A stretch of 24,027 nt of DNA from a virus (lineage: Duplodnaviria > Caudoviricetes): IMG/VR virus record IMGVR_UViG_3300035135_000571, positions 1-24,027 of that record, one strand, 5' to 3'. The position numbers were made by a program, and so were the translations under genes. This document shows, one piece after another, positions 1 to 7,550 of this stretch; the first letter of the stretch is position 1, and the number at the start of each line of letters is the position of its first letter. The notes below the pieces were generated by a model. The model was not told the origin of the DNA, did no database searches, and saw only the letters and a program-made list of their open reading frames with translations.

Positions 1-1
1 A

Positions 2-190
2 TCAGTGCTGAATCGCATCTGCAAGAAGCTGCGCCAATGGTCCTTGCAAGACCGCAGAACGGCTCTAGAGGCAGCGATCACCTCTGGTTGGGGTGATGTG
101 TTCCCACCGAAAAAACAAGCCCCTTGCGGCGGCTCTCAGAGCACTGTTGATTGGGATGCTCTTGACAACGTGTCCTTTTTCCAGCAATAG
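2..190 (+). CDS. C-terminal part of a probable phage replication initiator/organiser protein (5' truncated)
   Basis: Frame is open from the window edge to TAG at 188-190; ALEAAITSGWGDVF resembles the 'L..(S/A)I..GW..(L/V)F' C-terminal motif of phage replication proteins; position upstream of small early ORFs. Confidence 0.45.
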   Translation, partial: SVLNRICKKLRQWSLQDRRTALEAAITSGWGDVFPPKKQAPCGGSQSTVDWDALDNVSFFQQ

Positions 191-192
191 CC

Positions 193-603
193 ATGCGTGC
201 TCAAATTTTTCAAACCAGCCTTCGCGCACTTTCTGCTCTCTTGCCCTACGGCAAAAAATTGACTGATGAAGAGGTTCAGTTCATCTGGATGCTTTTACCT
301 CAAGTCGTCAAAGACACGGTGACTGATGACATGTGGGGGTATGCCTGCACGCAACGTCGTCTTGACCCAAATCCAAACAAAGAATTAAGCCTTGACCTAC
401 AAATCCTTTCTTACATCTATCGTCGCCGCGATGGTCTTCCTGCTTTTGATTGGGGCTTGAAACAAGACCTTCCGCAACGGATGGTTTTGTCCAGTCAATT
501 CCATCAAGACACGGCATCATTGCCATCGACTTCAGACCATCAACTGCCACCAGTTTCCAATCCCATCCTTCAGTCATTCAATGAAGCAAGCATTCAATCC
601 TGA
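193..603 (+). CDS. Hypothetical protein, 136 aa (possible helicase loader/inhibitor-like by position)
   Basis: ATG 2 nt after the previous stop; helical N-terminus (KKLTDEEVQFIWMLL...TDDMWGYAC). Function is synteny-based inference only. Confidence 0.6.
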   Translation: MRAQIFQTSLRALSALLPYGKKLTDEEVQFIWMLLPQVVKDTVTDDMWGYACTQRRLDPNPNKELSLDLQILSYIYRRRDGLPAFDWGLKQDLPQRMVLSSQFHQDTASLPSTSDHQLPPVSNPILQSFNEASIQS

Positions 604-769
604 GGCCGTCTGTCAAATTCTTCGCGACGGCATCGATAAAGGCTATTGGACTATTGAGACTCTTGATAATCCATCACCTGGTTTCAAAATGAACCTCGCC
701 GTTCGTCATCAGGAATTCCCCACGGGTTATCACGGCGTTCGTCACAAAAACTTGCTGCGCGATTCATGA
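581..769 (+). CDS. Hypothetical phage protein, 62 aa
   Basis: Overlaps the upstream gene end; stop overlaps next start (ATGA 766-769); ordered-looking motif GIDKGYWTIETLDNPSPGF. Confidence 0.7.
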   Translation: MKQAFNPEAVCQILRDGIDKGYWTIETLDNPSPGFKMNLAVRHQEFPTGYHGVRHKNLLRDS

Positions 770-1032
770 AATCTGACACATTCAAATCCAATGGTCTTTA
801 CATCGAACGACGCGAAACACGCGAAGGCCCCTCGCCCTACTTTGTCGTTTGCTACAGAAACACTGCACGCATTGCTTCAGACGTCAAAGCCGTTAAGCGC
901 GTTCTTAAGCTCGGCAGAGGCACAGAAACACTGCAACAACTCAATGATTGGCTGGAAACTTTTAGCCCGAAAACTCTGGCCGTCGAAATTCAACAGCAGC
1001 AATCAACGGAGCACGTTGCAGATGCTGCTTAA
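766..1032 (+). CDS. Hypothetical phage protein, 88 aa
   Basis: ATGA coupling to upstream ORF; fills the space to next ORF. Confidence 0.7.
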   Translation: MKSDTFKSNGLYIERRETREGPSPYFVVCYRNTARIASDVKAVKRVLKLGRGTETLQQLNDWLETFSPKTLAVEIQQQQSTEHVADAA

Positions 1033-1258
1033 CAACATGTTCGACGTCTCTGAACGTCAAGAGCCAGTCGTTGATATGCTTGCTGATCTGCTTGACGAAG
1101 CTAAAGCAACGGCTGCTGCAATTTCTGACAATGCAATCGAAGAACAACGTCCAATCCCTTTGGACTTGCTACGATCCTTCAACAATGACCTTGAACGCAT
1201 CAAGGCTCACTTACTAACTGCCGTAGATGTCCCTGAGAAGATTCACCCTTCGTCTTGA
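1022..1258 (+). CDS. Hypothetical helical protein (~73-78 aa; start 1022 or 1037, not 791)
   Basis: 3' part of track ORF 791..1258; ATGs at 1022 and 1037 flank the upstream stop (1030-1032); two amphipathic helices (VDMLADLLDEAKA, LLRSFNNDLERIKAHL). Confidence 0.65.
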   Translation: MLLNNMFDVSERQEPVVDMLADLLDEAKATAAAISDNAIEEQRPIPLDLLRSFNNDLERIKAHLLTAVDVPEKIHPSS

Positions 1259-1490
1259 TGAAAAAGACATTGAAATCATCGACAAACTTGCCAACGAACA
1301 AAACACCACCCGCGCTGACATCATCCGTAATTCACTTCAGCAAAAAGCAATCACTACTGATTCTTTGCACAAAGTGACAACTGCCATTCGTAAACGCTTT
1401 CATGGCATCTTCACTGCACAACAAGCAGAACAAGCCGCAGCAATCGCAATCTTCACCATCGCGTCGGATCAGCAACAAAAAACTGCGTAG
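1227..1490 (+). CDS. Ribbon-helix-helix (CopG/MetJ/Arc-like) DNA-binding protein
   Basis: N-terminal RRFTLRLDEKDIEIIDKLANEQNTTRADIIRNSL matches the RHH pattern (alternating beta-strand, helix, turn-T/S-R-x-D/E-I-I-R helix). Confidence 0.8.
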   Translation: MSLRRFTLRLDEKDIEIIDKLANEQNTTRADIIRNSLQQKAITTDSLHKVTTAIRKRFHGIFTAQQAEQAAAIAIFTIASDQQQKTA

Positions 1491-1561
1491 CATCCTCAAC
1501 ACTTACAACGACTATTTCACGTCGTTGTACTTTGATCGCCTCAACCCTCAACCCAAAAACA

Positions 1562-1687
1562 TTGGCAAAAATCACTGAAGTCAAATCTGACTATCGCGGC
1601 GGAAACAAGCCTCCATCACGCATCAGAATTCAGCCGCCTAAAAAACGAATCAAGCTTCAGCCGTCTACCAAAGGTTTCGCATCATGA
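1562..1687 (+). CDS. Small basic hypothetical protein, ~41 aa (not in ORF track; TTG start uncertain)
   Basis: Reads (M)AKITEVKSDYRGGNKPPSRIRIQPPKKRIKLQPSTKGFAS*; TGA 1685-1687 overlaps next ATG (ATGA); internal in-frame near-repeat TTCAGCCGYCTA at 1629 and 1656 (27 nt apart). Confidence 0.5.
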   Translation: MAKITEVKSDYRGGNKPPSRIRIQPPKKRIKLQPSTKGFAS

Positions 1688-1902
1688 GCAGCAGCTATTT
1701 TCACGATTGGATCAGTGACATTGCTCCGCAAGCAATGCAACCCGTGCTACCCGAAGCGCAGGACACCGAAGCAATGATGGATCGTGTCATCCTTCTAGAA
1801 CTTCTCTATCACCTAGACAAACGTCACGATCAACGGCACCCGCAGCACAACACTTACACCGGCCTCTGGCAAAAATTTCAAGACAATGGCAACCATCTCT
1901 GA
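1684..1902 (+). CDS. Hypothetical protein resembling a small picocyanobacterial/cyanophage family (LYxLDxR...HPxHxxYTGL)
   Basis: Motif LLYHLDKRHDQRHPQHNTYTGLW recalled from Synechococcus/Prochlorococcus small hypothetical proteins; not verified by search. Confidence 0.7.
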   Translation: MSSSYFHDWISDIAPQAMQPVLPEAQDTEAMMDRVILLELLYHLDKRHDQRHPQHNTYTGLWQKFQDNGNHL

Positions 1903-2074
1903 AAAGTACATCGGCGACCGCGAAATCCACACTTCACCACGCGGCGCTAAATACATCATCGCCGACGATGGCCGCAAGCTCTACATCAGCAAAACAGACA
2001 AAACCTACCGTCGTAGCTTCAAACCTCGTCCTGGTGCATACGCACGCTTCTTAGATTCGCAAAAACCTCTATAG
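1886..2074 (+). CDS. Small basic protein with PBCV basic-adaptor-like motif
   Basis: REIHTSPRGAKYIIADDGRKLYI fits the 'I.xGPRGG.Y.....G.K.Y' pattern of the PBCV-specific basic adaptor domain; overlaps upstream gene end. Confidence 0.6.
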   Translation: MATISEKYIGDREIHTSPRGAKYIIADDGRKLYISKTDKTYRRSFKPRPGAYARFLDSQKPL

Positions 2075-2075
2075 T
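2070..2075 (+). promoter_or_regulatory. Putative -10 element (TATAGT) for the terminase operon
   Basis: 5/6 match to TATAAT, contains the upstream TAG stop, ends about 21 nt before the terS ATG; no clear -35. Confidence 0.45.
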
Positions 2076-2096
2076 CAAAGCAATAATTAAAGCTGC

Positions 2097-2417
2097 ATGG
2101 CCCGAAAAGGCATAAAAGCAGAAACTAATTTGCGAGTCGCTGAATGCGTTCGCATTCTTGCTAATGGTGGCAAGCGTTCAGATTGTCTTCTATACGCTTC
2201 AGAACACTGGGGTGTAAGTGATCGTTCTGTCGATTCCTACATAAAGCTTGCACGCGAACAAATGAAAGCAGACTGGGATTTAGAACGCCCTCAGATGGTT
2301 GCCGACTTGCTGTCGCAATGTTCAACCTTGCAGATGGAAGCACGGCAAAAAGGACATCTCAGCGTTGCCTTGGGCGCCATCAACACCGCAGCCAAACTCG
2401 CACAACTCGTTTCATGA
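2097..2417 (+). CDS. terS: Terminase small subunit
   Basis: 106 aa, HTH-like segment (YASEHWGVSDRSVDSYIKLAR), C-terminal oligomerisation-type helix (ALGAINTAAKL), located just upstream of terL. Confidence 0.7.
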   Translation: MARKGIKAETNLRVAECVRILANGGKRSDCLLYASEHWGVSDRSVDSYIKLAREQMKADWDLERPQMVADLLSQCSTLQMEARQKGHLSVALGAINTAAKLAQLVS

Positions 2418-2593
2418 CTGAAGAATTTTGGTATGAACCGACTGAAGATGACATGTACCGCGTGTGCATGAAGATCGATGGTGTGACGGCATGTTGCACA
2501 GTGTCGTCGATGCACCTGATTGATGAGAAGCGATCGCAACTGCGCGGTGCGTGTATGCGTCAGTCTTATCAAGCCTTCGATGTCGATTCTTGA
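2414..2593 (+). CDS. Small Cys-containing hypothetical protein, 59 aa, between terS and terL
   Basis: True start at ATGA overlap 2414-2417 (MTEEFWYEPTEDDMYRVCMKIDGVTACCTVSSMHL...); stop overlaps terL start by 14 nt. Confidence 0.65.
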   Translation: MTEEFWYEPTEDDMYRVCMKIDGVTACCTVSSMHLIDEKRSQLRGACMRQSYQAFDVDS

Positions 2594-3914
2594 TACTGCG
2601 CCGATTGGGCATGTCCTTGGTGATGCAACATCGCTAGATGCAGACGAGCTGTTAAATCGCATCAAGTCTGATCTTCACCCAGGCCAGCTTGACTTTGTAT
2701 CAGATCAAGACTCGCAGATCTTGGCAATATCAGCCGGATACGGTGCAGGCAAAACCCGAGCACTATGCGCCAAAACCCTTGCGCTAGCCATTGCTAATCA
2801 GGGCTTCATCGGTTGCGTCATGGAACCAACTGGCCCGTTGATTCGTGACATCTGGCTGAATGACTTCGACGACTTCCTAGAGCAATACGAGATACCGCAT
2901 ACTTTTAGGGCATCACCATTGCCGGAATACGTTTTGCACTTGCCCGGTGGTGATACAAAGATCTTGTGCCGCAGCTTTGAAAACTACCAGCGCATCATCG
3001 GCCTGAACCTTGCATTCTGCTGTGCTGATGAGGTGGACGTTGTAAACACCGCGATCACATCAAGAGCTTTCCCCAAGATTCTTGGTCGCTTGAGATCCGG
3101 CAATATTAGACAGTTTGCGGCAGCATCCACGCCAGAAGGCTTTAAGTGGTTGTATAACGAGTTTGGGGCTCCGGATGCGCTCAAACGTCCAGACCGAAAG
3201 CTCATCAAGATGAAGACAGTAGATAATCCACATCTGCCGCCTGACTTCATTGAACGCTTAAAAGCTAACTACGACCCGAGCTTGCTCAAAGCGTATCTTG
3301 ACGGTGAGTTCGTAAACCTGAACACAGGACAGGTTTATGACAGATTTGATCGCGAGAAGCATGTCATCAAATCATTTGATGCTGGCAATGAACCTTTGCA
3401 TGTTGGCGTTGATTTCAACATCGGAAACATGAGTGCGGTGATCGCAGTACGCACACCAGATAAGCTCATAGTTATCGATGAAATTAGTGGTGGTCATGAC
3501 ACGGATTTCATCGGGCAAGAAATTAAAAGACGCTATCCCCACCGTCAGTTATATGCCTACCCTGACGCATCTGGCGGAAATCGAAGCACGAACGCCAGCA
3601 GAACCGACATCGAAATTTTGCAAAGCTACGGATTCAGCAATCAATCAGAAAGATCAAATCCTCCCGTGCGCGATAGGGTGGCTGCTGTTCAAGCTGCTTT
3701 GGAAAACGGGAAAGGACAAGTAAGGGTGCAGATCACGGAGAACTGCAAGCGCACGATCGAATGCCTAGAACTGCAAAGCTACACGGAGAAAGGTGAGCCT
3801 GATAAAGATGCAGGGTACGATCACATGAACGATGCCATCGGTTACATGATCTGGCGTTTGTTTAATCCACTACATGCAAGAGCAGGTCGCGGAACTGGCA
3901 TCAGAATCTACTAG
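2580..3914 (+). CDS. terL: Terminase large subunit (ATPase + RNase H-like nuclease), ~444 aa
   Basis: LHPGQ adenine-binding motif, Walker A AGYGAGKT, Walker B FCCADEVD, coupling motif ASTPEG, nuclease acidic motifs GVDFN, PDASG and DHMNDA; start placed at ATG 2580 (MSILDT). Confidence 0.97.
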   Translation: MSILDTAPIGHVLGDATSLDADELLNRIKSDLHPGQLDFVSDQDSQILAISAGYGAGKTRALCAKTLALAIANQGFIGCVMEPTGPLIRDIWLNDFDDFLEQYEIPHTFRASPLPEYVLHLPGGDTKILCRSFENYQRIIGLNLAFCCADEVDVVNTAITSRAFPKILGRLRSGNIRQFAAASTPEGFKWLYNEFGAPDALKRPDRKLIKMKTVDNPHLPPDFIERLKANYDPSLLKAYLDGEFVNLNTGQVYDRFDREKHVIKSFDAGNEPLHVGVDFNIGNMSAVIAVRTPDKLIVIDEISGGHDTDFIGQEIKRRYPHRQLYAYPDASGGNRSTNASRTDIEILQSYGFSNQSERSNPPVRDRVAAVQAALENGKGQVRVQITENCKRTIECLELQSYTEKGEPDKDAGYDHMNDAIGYMIWRLFNPLHARAGRGTGIRIY

Positions 3915-3959
3915 ACAAAGCGTTAAACAGAAGGTAACTTTGGGTCTGTTCACCTTTGT
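3915..3959. repeat. Imperfect inverted repeat covering the putative cyAbrB promoter
   Basis: ACAAAG(3915-20)/CTTTGT(3954-59) and AACAGA(3926-31)/TCTGTT(3945-50) arms enclosing TAACTT (3935-40). Confidence 0.6.
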
Positions 3960-3968
3960 TCATTGAAC

Positions 3969-4310
3969 ATGCTTGAAGGCGCAGACTTGATTGCTAAGAC
4001 TAAAGCAATGGCTGATGCTTCCCGTTCTGATCTTGTTCGGGAATGTGGCTACGTCACGATTAAAGAAGACGGCACCGAACGGCTCAACTTCGTCACCTTT
4101 TACGAAGCACTGCTAAAGGCAAAAGGCGTTGACCTGAAGCCTAAAAAGCGCATGGGCCGCAAGCTCACGCACAAAACCAAGGTGCAATCTGATGGCAAAG
4201 TGATCGTGGGTAGTGCCTACATCGAAGGCATGAACCTTGATCCTGGCACTACGTTTGACATCAAGGTGGGCCGCAATAGCGTTGTTCTAACTGCTGCAGG
4301 CGCAGACTAA
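3969..4310 (+). CDS. Cyanobacterial AbrB-like (cyAbrB) transcriptional regulator
   Basis: LEGADLIAK...SRSDLVRECGYV...DGTERLNFVTFYEALLKAKGV N-domain and GRKL...KVQSDGKVIVGSAY...LDPGTTFDIKVGR C-terminal AbrB domain, the characteristic cyAbrB architecture; ATG at 3969 preferred over TTG 3963. Confidence 0.92.
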   Translation: MLEGADLIAKTKAMADASRSDLVRECGYVTIKEDGTERLNFVTFYEALLKAKGVDLKPKKRMGRKLTHKTKVQSDGKVIVGSAYIEGMNLDPGTTFDIKVGRNSVVLTAAGAD

Positions 4311-4341
4311 ACTAGGAACATCGACTTGCGGGATTAAGGCG

Positions 4342-5778
4342 GTGTATTCTGGTTTTTCACATTATGACCGGCAATTATTCGCCAAGGTCTCGCAAGTCAA
4401 CGATCCAAATGCAGCGTGGGTAAATCAGCAACCACATTGGATGTTGATTGAGGATTTGATGGGCGGCACTTATGAAATCAGGCGTCGTCATCGTCGGTAT
4501 TTGCCACAAGAACCGCGAGAACTTGATGAATCGTATGACCGCAGGCTGAGCACTTCAATTTGCCCGCCGTATTATCAGCGGCTTGAACGGATGCTGGCTG
4601 GAATGCTTACACGCAAACCAGTTCGTCTTAATGACACATCCGATCAGATCCGTGAGCAGCTTTTCAACGTTGATCTAGCTGGTGCAGATCTCAACGTTTG
4701 GACGTATGAAACAGCACGCAAAATGATCCGTTACGGTCATGTTGGTGTTCTTGTCGATGCACCGCGTGATGGTGGCAGACCTTATTGGAGTTCATATACC
4801 CCACGCGATATTCTTGGCTATCGCACTGAAGTAATCGACGGCGAGCAACGTCTAACGCAGCTTCGTTTGTCTGAAACTGTCATTCTTCCTGATGGCGAAT
4901 ACGGCGAAAAGCAGGTTCAACAGGTAAGGGTGCTAACTCCAGGTGAGTTCAAGGTATTCCAACAAGATGAAAAGAAAGGTGATTTCCGCATTGTTGACGA
5001 AGGTCGCACAAGCCTAAATCGCATCCCGTTTGCTGTTGCTTACGCAAACAAGGTTGGCACGTTTGAATCTCGCCCACCGCTAGAAGATATTGCACAATTA
5101 AACCTTAAGTCTTATCAGATTCAATCTGATTTAGACAATCAGCTGCATATTTCGGCAGTGCCGATGTTGGCCTTTTTTGGGTTCCCTTCTGCAGCAGAGG
5201 AAGTTACTGCTGGCCCTGGCGAAGCAATCGCGTTTCCTGCTGATGGACGTGCGGAATATATTTCCCCGCCATCTGATGCGTTTAAGTCATTGTTTGAACG
5301 ACTGCAGCAGATTGAGCATCAAATCAATGAACTAGGTTTGTCTGCTGTGCTCGGCCAAAAGCTAAGTGCTGAAACAGCTGAGGCTAAGCGCATTGATCGC
5401 AGTCAAGGTGATTCCACGATGATGGTGATCGCTCAAAACATGCAGGACATGATCGACAACTGTCTGCAGTATCACGCTGAATTCCTTGGCGATCGTCAAC
5501 CTGGCAGCAGCTATGTGAACCGCGATTTCCTTGGCACCAGGCTGGAGCCGCAAGAAATTCAAGCGCTGTTGCAGCTTTACACCGCCGGGACCATCACCCA
5601 AGAAACCTTGTTGATGCAGCTCAGCGAAGGGGAAGTGCTCGGCGATGACTTCGATGTAGACGGCGAACTAGAGGCAACGCAAGCTGGTGGCCTGATTGAT
5701 GTTGGTGTTGGTGACATGCCTTCCGGTGAAGACGCACAAAATGAAGAAACAAGCTTCATTGAGGAAGATGCGGCATGA
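4342..5778 (+). CDS. Portal protein (DUF4055-type)
   Basis: 478 aa after terL; YLPQEPRE...YDRRL, YGHVGVLVDAP, PPLEDIAQLN...YQIQSD, SAETAEAKRID motifs and acidic tail typical of this portal family; GTG start. Confidence 0.9.
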   Translation: MYSGFSHYDRQLFAKVSQVNDPNAAWVNQQPHWMLIEDLMGGTYEIRRRHRRYLPQEPRELDESYDRRLSTSICPPYYQRLERMLAGMLTRKPVRLNDTSDQIREQLFNVDLAGADLNVWTYETARKMIRYGHVGVLVDAPRDGGRPYWSSYTPRDILGYRTEVIDGEQRLTQLRLSETVILPDGEYGEKQVQQVRVLTPGEFKVFQQDEKKGDFRIVDEGRTSLNRIPFAVAYANKVGTFESRPPLEDIAQLNLKSYQIQSDLDNQLHISAVPMLAFFGFPSAAEEVTAGPGEAIAFPADGRAEYISPPSDAFKSLFERLQQIEHQINELGLSAVLGQKLSAETAEAKRIDRSQGDSTMMVIAQNMQDMIDNCLQYHAEFLGDRQPGSSYVNRDFLGTRLEPQEIQALLQLYTAGTITQETLLMQLSEGEVLGDDFDVDGELEATQAGGLIDVGVGDMPSGEDAQNEETSFIEEDAA

Positions 5779-6055
5779 TGAGTTAAGCGGCGTGGATGCC
5801 ATGGAACCGGACACATCAGAGAAGTACAGCATCCATTACGTTCAGCAAGAATTGCCCCATCGACTGTTTGCCATTGTGCGAATGCAGTGGCGTTCAGAAC
5901 TTGGGATTGAGATCGTTGACGAAGTGAAGCTGGTTGACGAAGGGTCTGACACGATTGCAGGCTTTTCGGAGCTAATGCACAAAGCAATGGATAACGGCGC
6001 CGAAATTTCCATTATCTCGCCTTACGATCCAGAAGATATTGGATTGAATGAATAA
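5768..6055 (+). CDS. Acidic hypothetical protein (start 5768 or 5801)
   Basis: Fills the gap between portal and minor head gene; TAATG coupling at 6053-6057. Confidence 0.7.
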   Translation: MRHDELSGVDAMEPDTSEKYSIHYVQQELPHRLFAIVRMQWRSELGIEIVDEVKLVDEGSDTIAGFSELMHKAMDNGAEISIISPYDPEDIGLNE

Positions 6056-7245
6056 TGAGTACGCCAGAGTCGTTATACCGAAACGCGATTGATTTAAATC
6101 GCTATAGCAACAGCGTTGCTCGGAGAGTTATCAATGCATATAACGACATTATTTTGGATGCCGTTAATCAGCTTCGTGCTATTGATGATCTTGACGAATC
6201 ATTCAAGGCTGCGCGACTGCGATCAATTATTGCTCAGCTCAAAGAATCATTAGGAACTTGGGCGGGTGACAGCACTGAACTAACAGCGCTCGAACTGCAA
6301 GGGTTGGCTGAACTGCAATCTGAATTTGTAGAAGAACAACTTAAGAAAGCATTGCCACGCGGTAGTCGCAACATTGTTCGCAGCGTTGAGATCAGCCCGC
6401 AATTTGCTCAGTCTGTTGTCGTAGCAGATCCAACGCAGATTAATGTTGTTGCATTGTCAGATGATTTATTTGCTGCAGTGCAAGGCGCACCGCAAACGTT
6501 CAGCTTGACTGCTGCACAGGGTGCAATCATTACCTTGCCAAATGGTCAGGTTGTGCAAAAAGCGTTTCGTGGTATCGCTGAAGATCAAGCCGCATTGTTT
6601 GGGCAAGTGGTGCGGCAGGGATTGTTGACTGGGGAAACTACTGATGAAATTGCAAATAGATTAAAGGGCAGGCTTCGTTATGGGCAGCCCGGAAGCGTCA
6701 AAGAAATTGCCAAAAAAGGCGGTCAAGCCACAACGGTAGCGAATAATCAGGTTATCGCTTTGGTGCGAACTAGCATCAATCAGGTTGCCAATGCTGCATC
6801 GCAGCAAGTGTATGAAGCGAACCAAGACATCACGAAAAAGTATCGCTATGTCGCAACGCTTGACACTCGCACTTCTGCCATTTGTCGTGCTCTAGATGGC
6901 AAAGAATTTGAATATGGCAAGGGTCCGACACCACCGCAGCACTTTAATTGTCGCAGCACAACGGTCGCAGTAATTGATTATGAGGAGCTGGGTTTTATCC
7001 CACCACGCGAAGGCAAACGCGCAGCCGAAGGTGGCATGGTGCCAGCAAATGAAAGTTACGGGCAATGGCTGGCTAAACAACCAAAAGCAAGAAAAATAGA
7101 AGCCCTAGGAAAATCCAAAGTTGCATACTTCGACAAGCTTTCCGCTAAGTATGGCCCAAAGGACGCAATCGCAAAACTTGTGCGTGACGATGGCTCTGAA
7201 GTCACCCTGGCACAACTTCGCAAGCGTTACGGCAAACTAGACTGA
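6055..7245 (+). CDS. Minor head/head morphogenesis protein (SPP1 gp7 / Mu gpF family)
   Basis: LVRTSINQVAN...YRYVATLDTRTSAICRALDG...PPQHFNCRST signature; follows portal. Confidence 0.92.
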   Translation: MSTPESLYRNAIDLNRYSNSVARRVINAYNDIILDAVNQLRAIDDLDESFKAARLRSIIAQLKESLGTWAGDSTELTALELQGLAELQSEFVEEQLKKALPRGSRNIVRSVEISPQFAQSVVVADPTQINVVALSDDLFAAVQGAPQTFSLTAAQGAIITLPNGQVVQKAFRGIAEDQAALFGQVVRQGLLTGETTDEIANRLKGRLRYGQPGSVKEIAKKGGQATTVANNQVIALVRTSINQVANAASQQVYEANQDITKKYRYVATLDTRTSAICRALDGKEFEYGKGPTPPQHFNCRSTTVAVIDYEELGFIPPREGKRAAEGGMVPANESYGQWLAKQPKARKIEALGKSKVAYFDKLSAKYGPKDAIAKLVRDDGSEVTLAQLRKRYGKLD

Positions 7246-7263
7246 AGCAACGGCAATAAATCA

Positions 7264-7329
7264 ATGCCCAGTCACTACGGCCACAAAATGCCGAAAGGCA
7301 AAAAGAAGAAAGGAGCCAAGAAAAAGTGA
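7264..7329 (+). CDS. Lysine-rich micro-peptide, 21 aa (not in ORF track)
   Basis: MPSHYGHKMPKGKKKKGAKKK*; preceded by TAGACT (7238-43); TGA overlaps next GTG start (GTGA 7326-7329). Confidence 0.6.
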   Translation: MPSHYGHKMPKGKKKKGAKKK

Positions 7330-7550
7330 AACGCGGTGATCGTGTCAGCTGGGTCTATCAAGGCAAGCGCACTTATGGTGTCGTGACCAGCATCGCTGGT
7401 GAACGCGCCATGATCAAAGGCCCAACTGGTGGCAACGTTGTGCGTGTCGGCACTAAGGATGATCCTGTGGTTCGGATCAAATCTGAATCAACGGGTAATC
7501 CCGTACTGAAGCGCGAATCACAACTGCGCAAAGCTCCGAAGCGTAAATGA
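7326..7550 (+). CDS. Small basic Tudor/SH3-like protein (Hva1-Tudor/DUF2945-like)
   Basis: GDRVSW...TYGVV...RVGTKDDPVVRIKSESTG..VLKRESQL fits the GDxVxW...S/TxDDPxYxIKSxxTG pattern; AGGAG at 7311-7315 upstream of GTG. Confidence 0.7.
   Translation: MKRGDRVSWVYQGKRTYGVVTSIAGERAMIKGPTGGNVVRVGTKDDPVVRIKSESTGNPVLKRESQLRKAPKRK

Noticed and set aside
791-1021. N-terminal half of track ORF 791..1258
   Set aside because: Lies entirely within ORF 766..1032; ATGs at 1022/1037 next to that gene's stop give the usual coupled arrangement.
2318-2579. Extended starts for the 2593-ending ORF (2318) and terL (2520)
   Set aside because: They overlap terS or the micro-gene extensively; ATG 2414 (ATGA overlap) and ATG 2580 fit better.
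4320-4334. Possible fifth hairpin with a TTGCG loop upstream of the portal start
   Set aside because: Only a 3+1 bp stem with a bulge and a different loop; too weak without comparative data.
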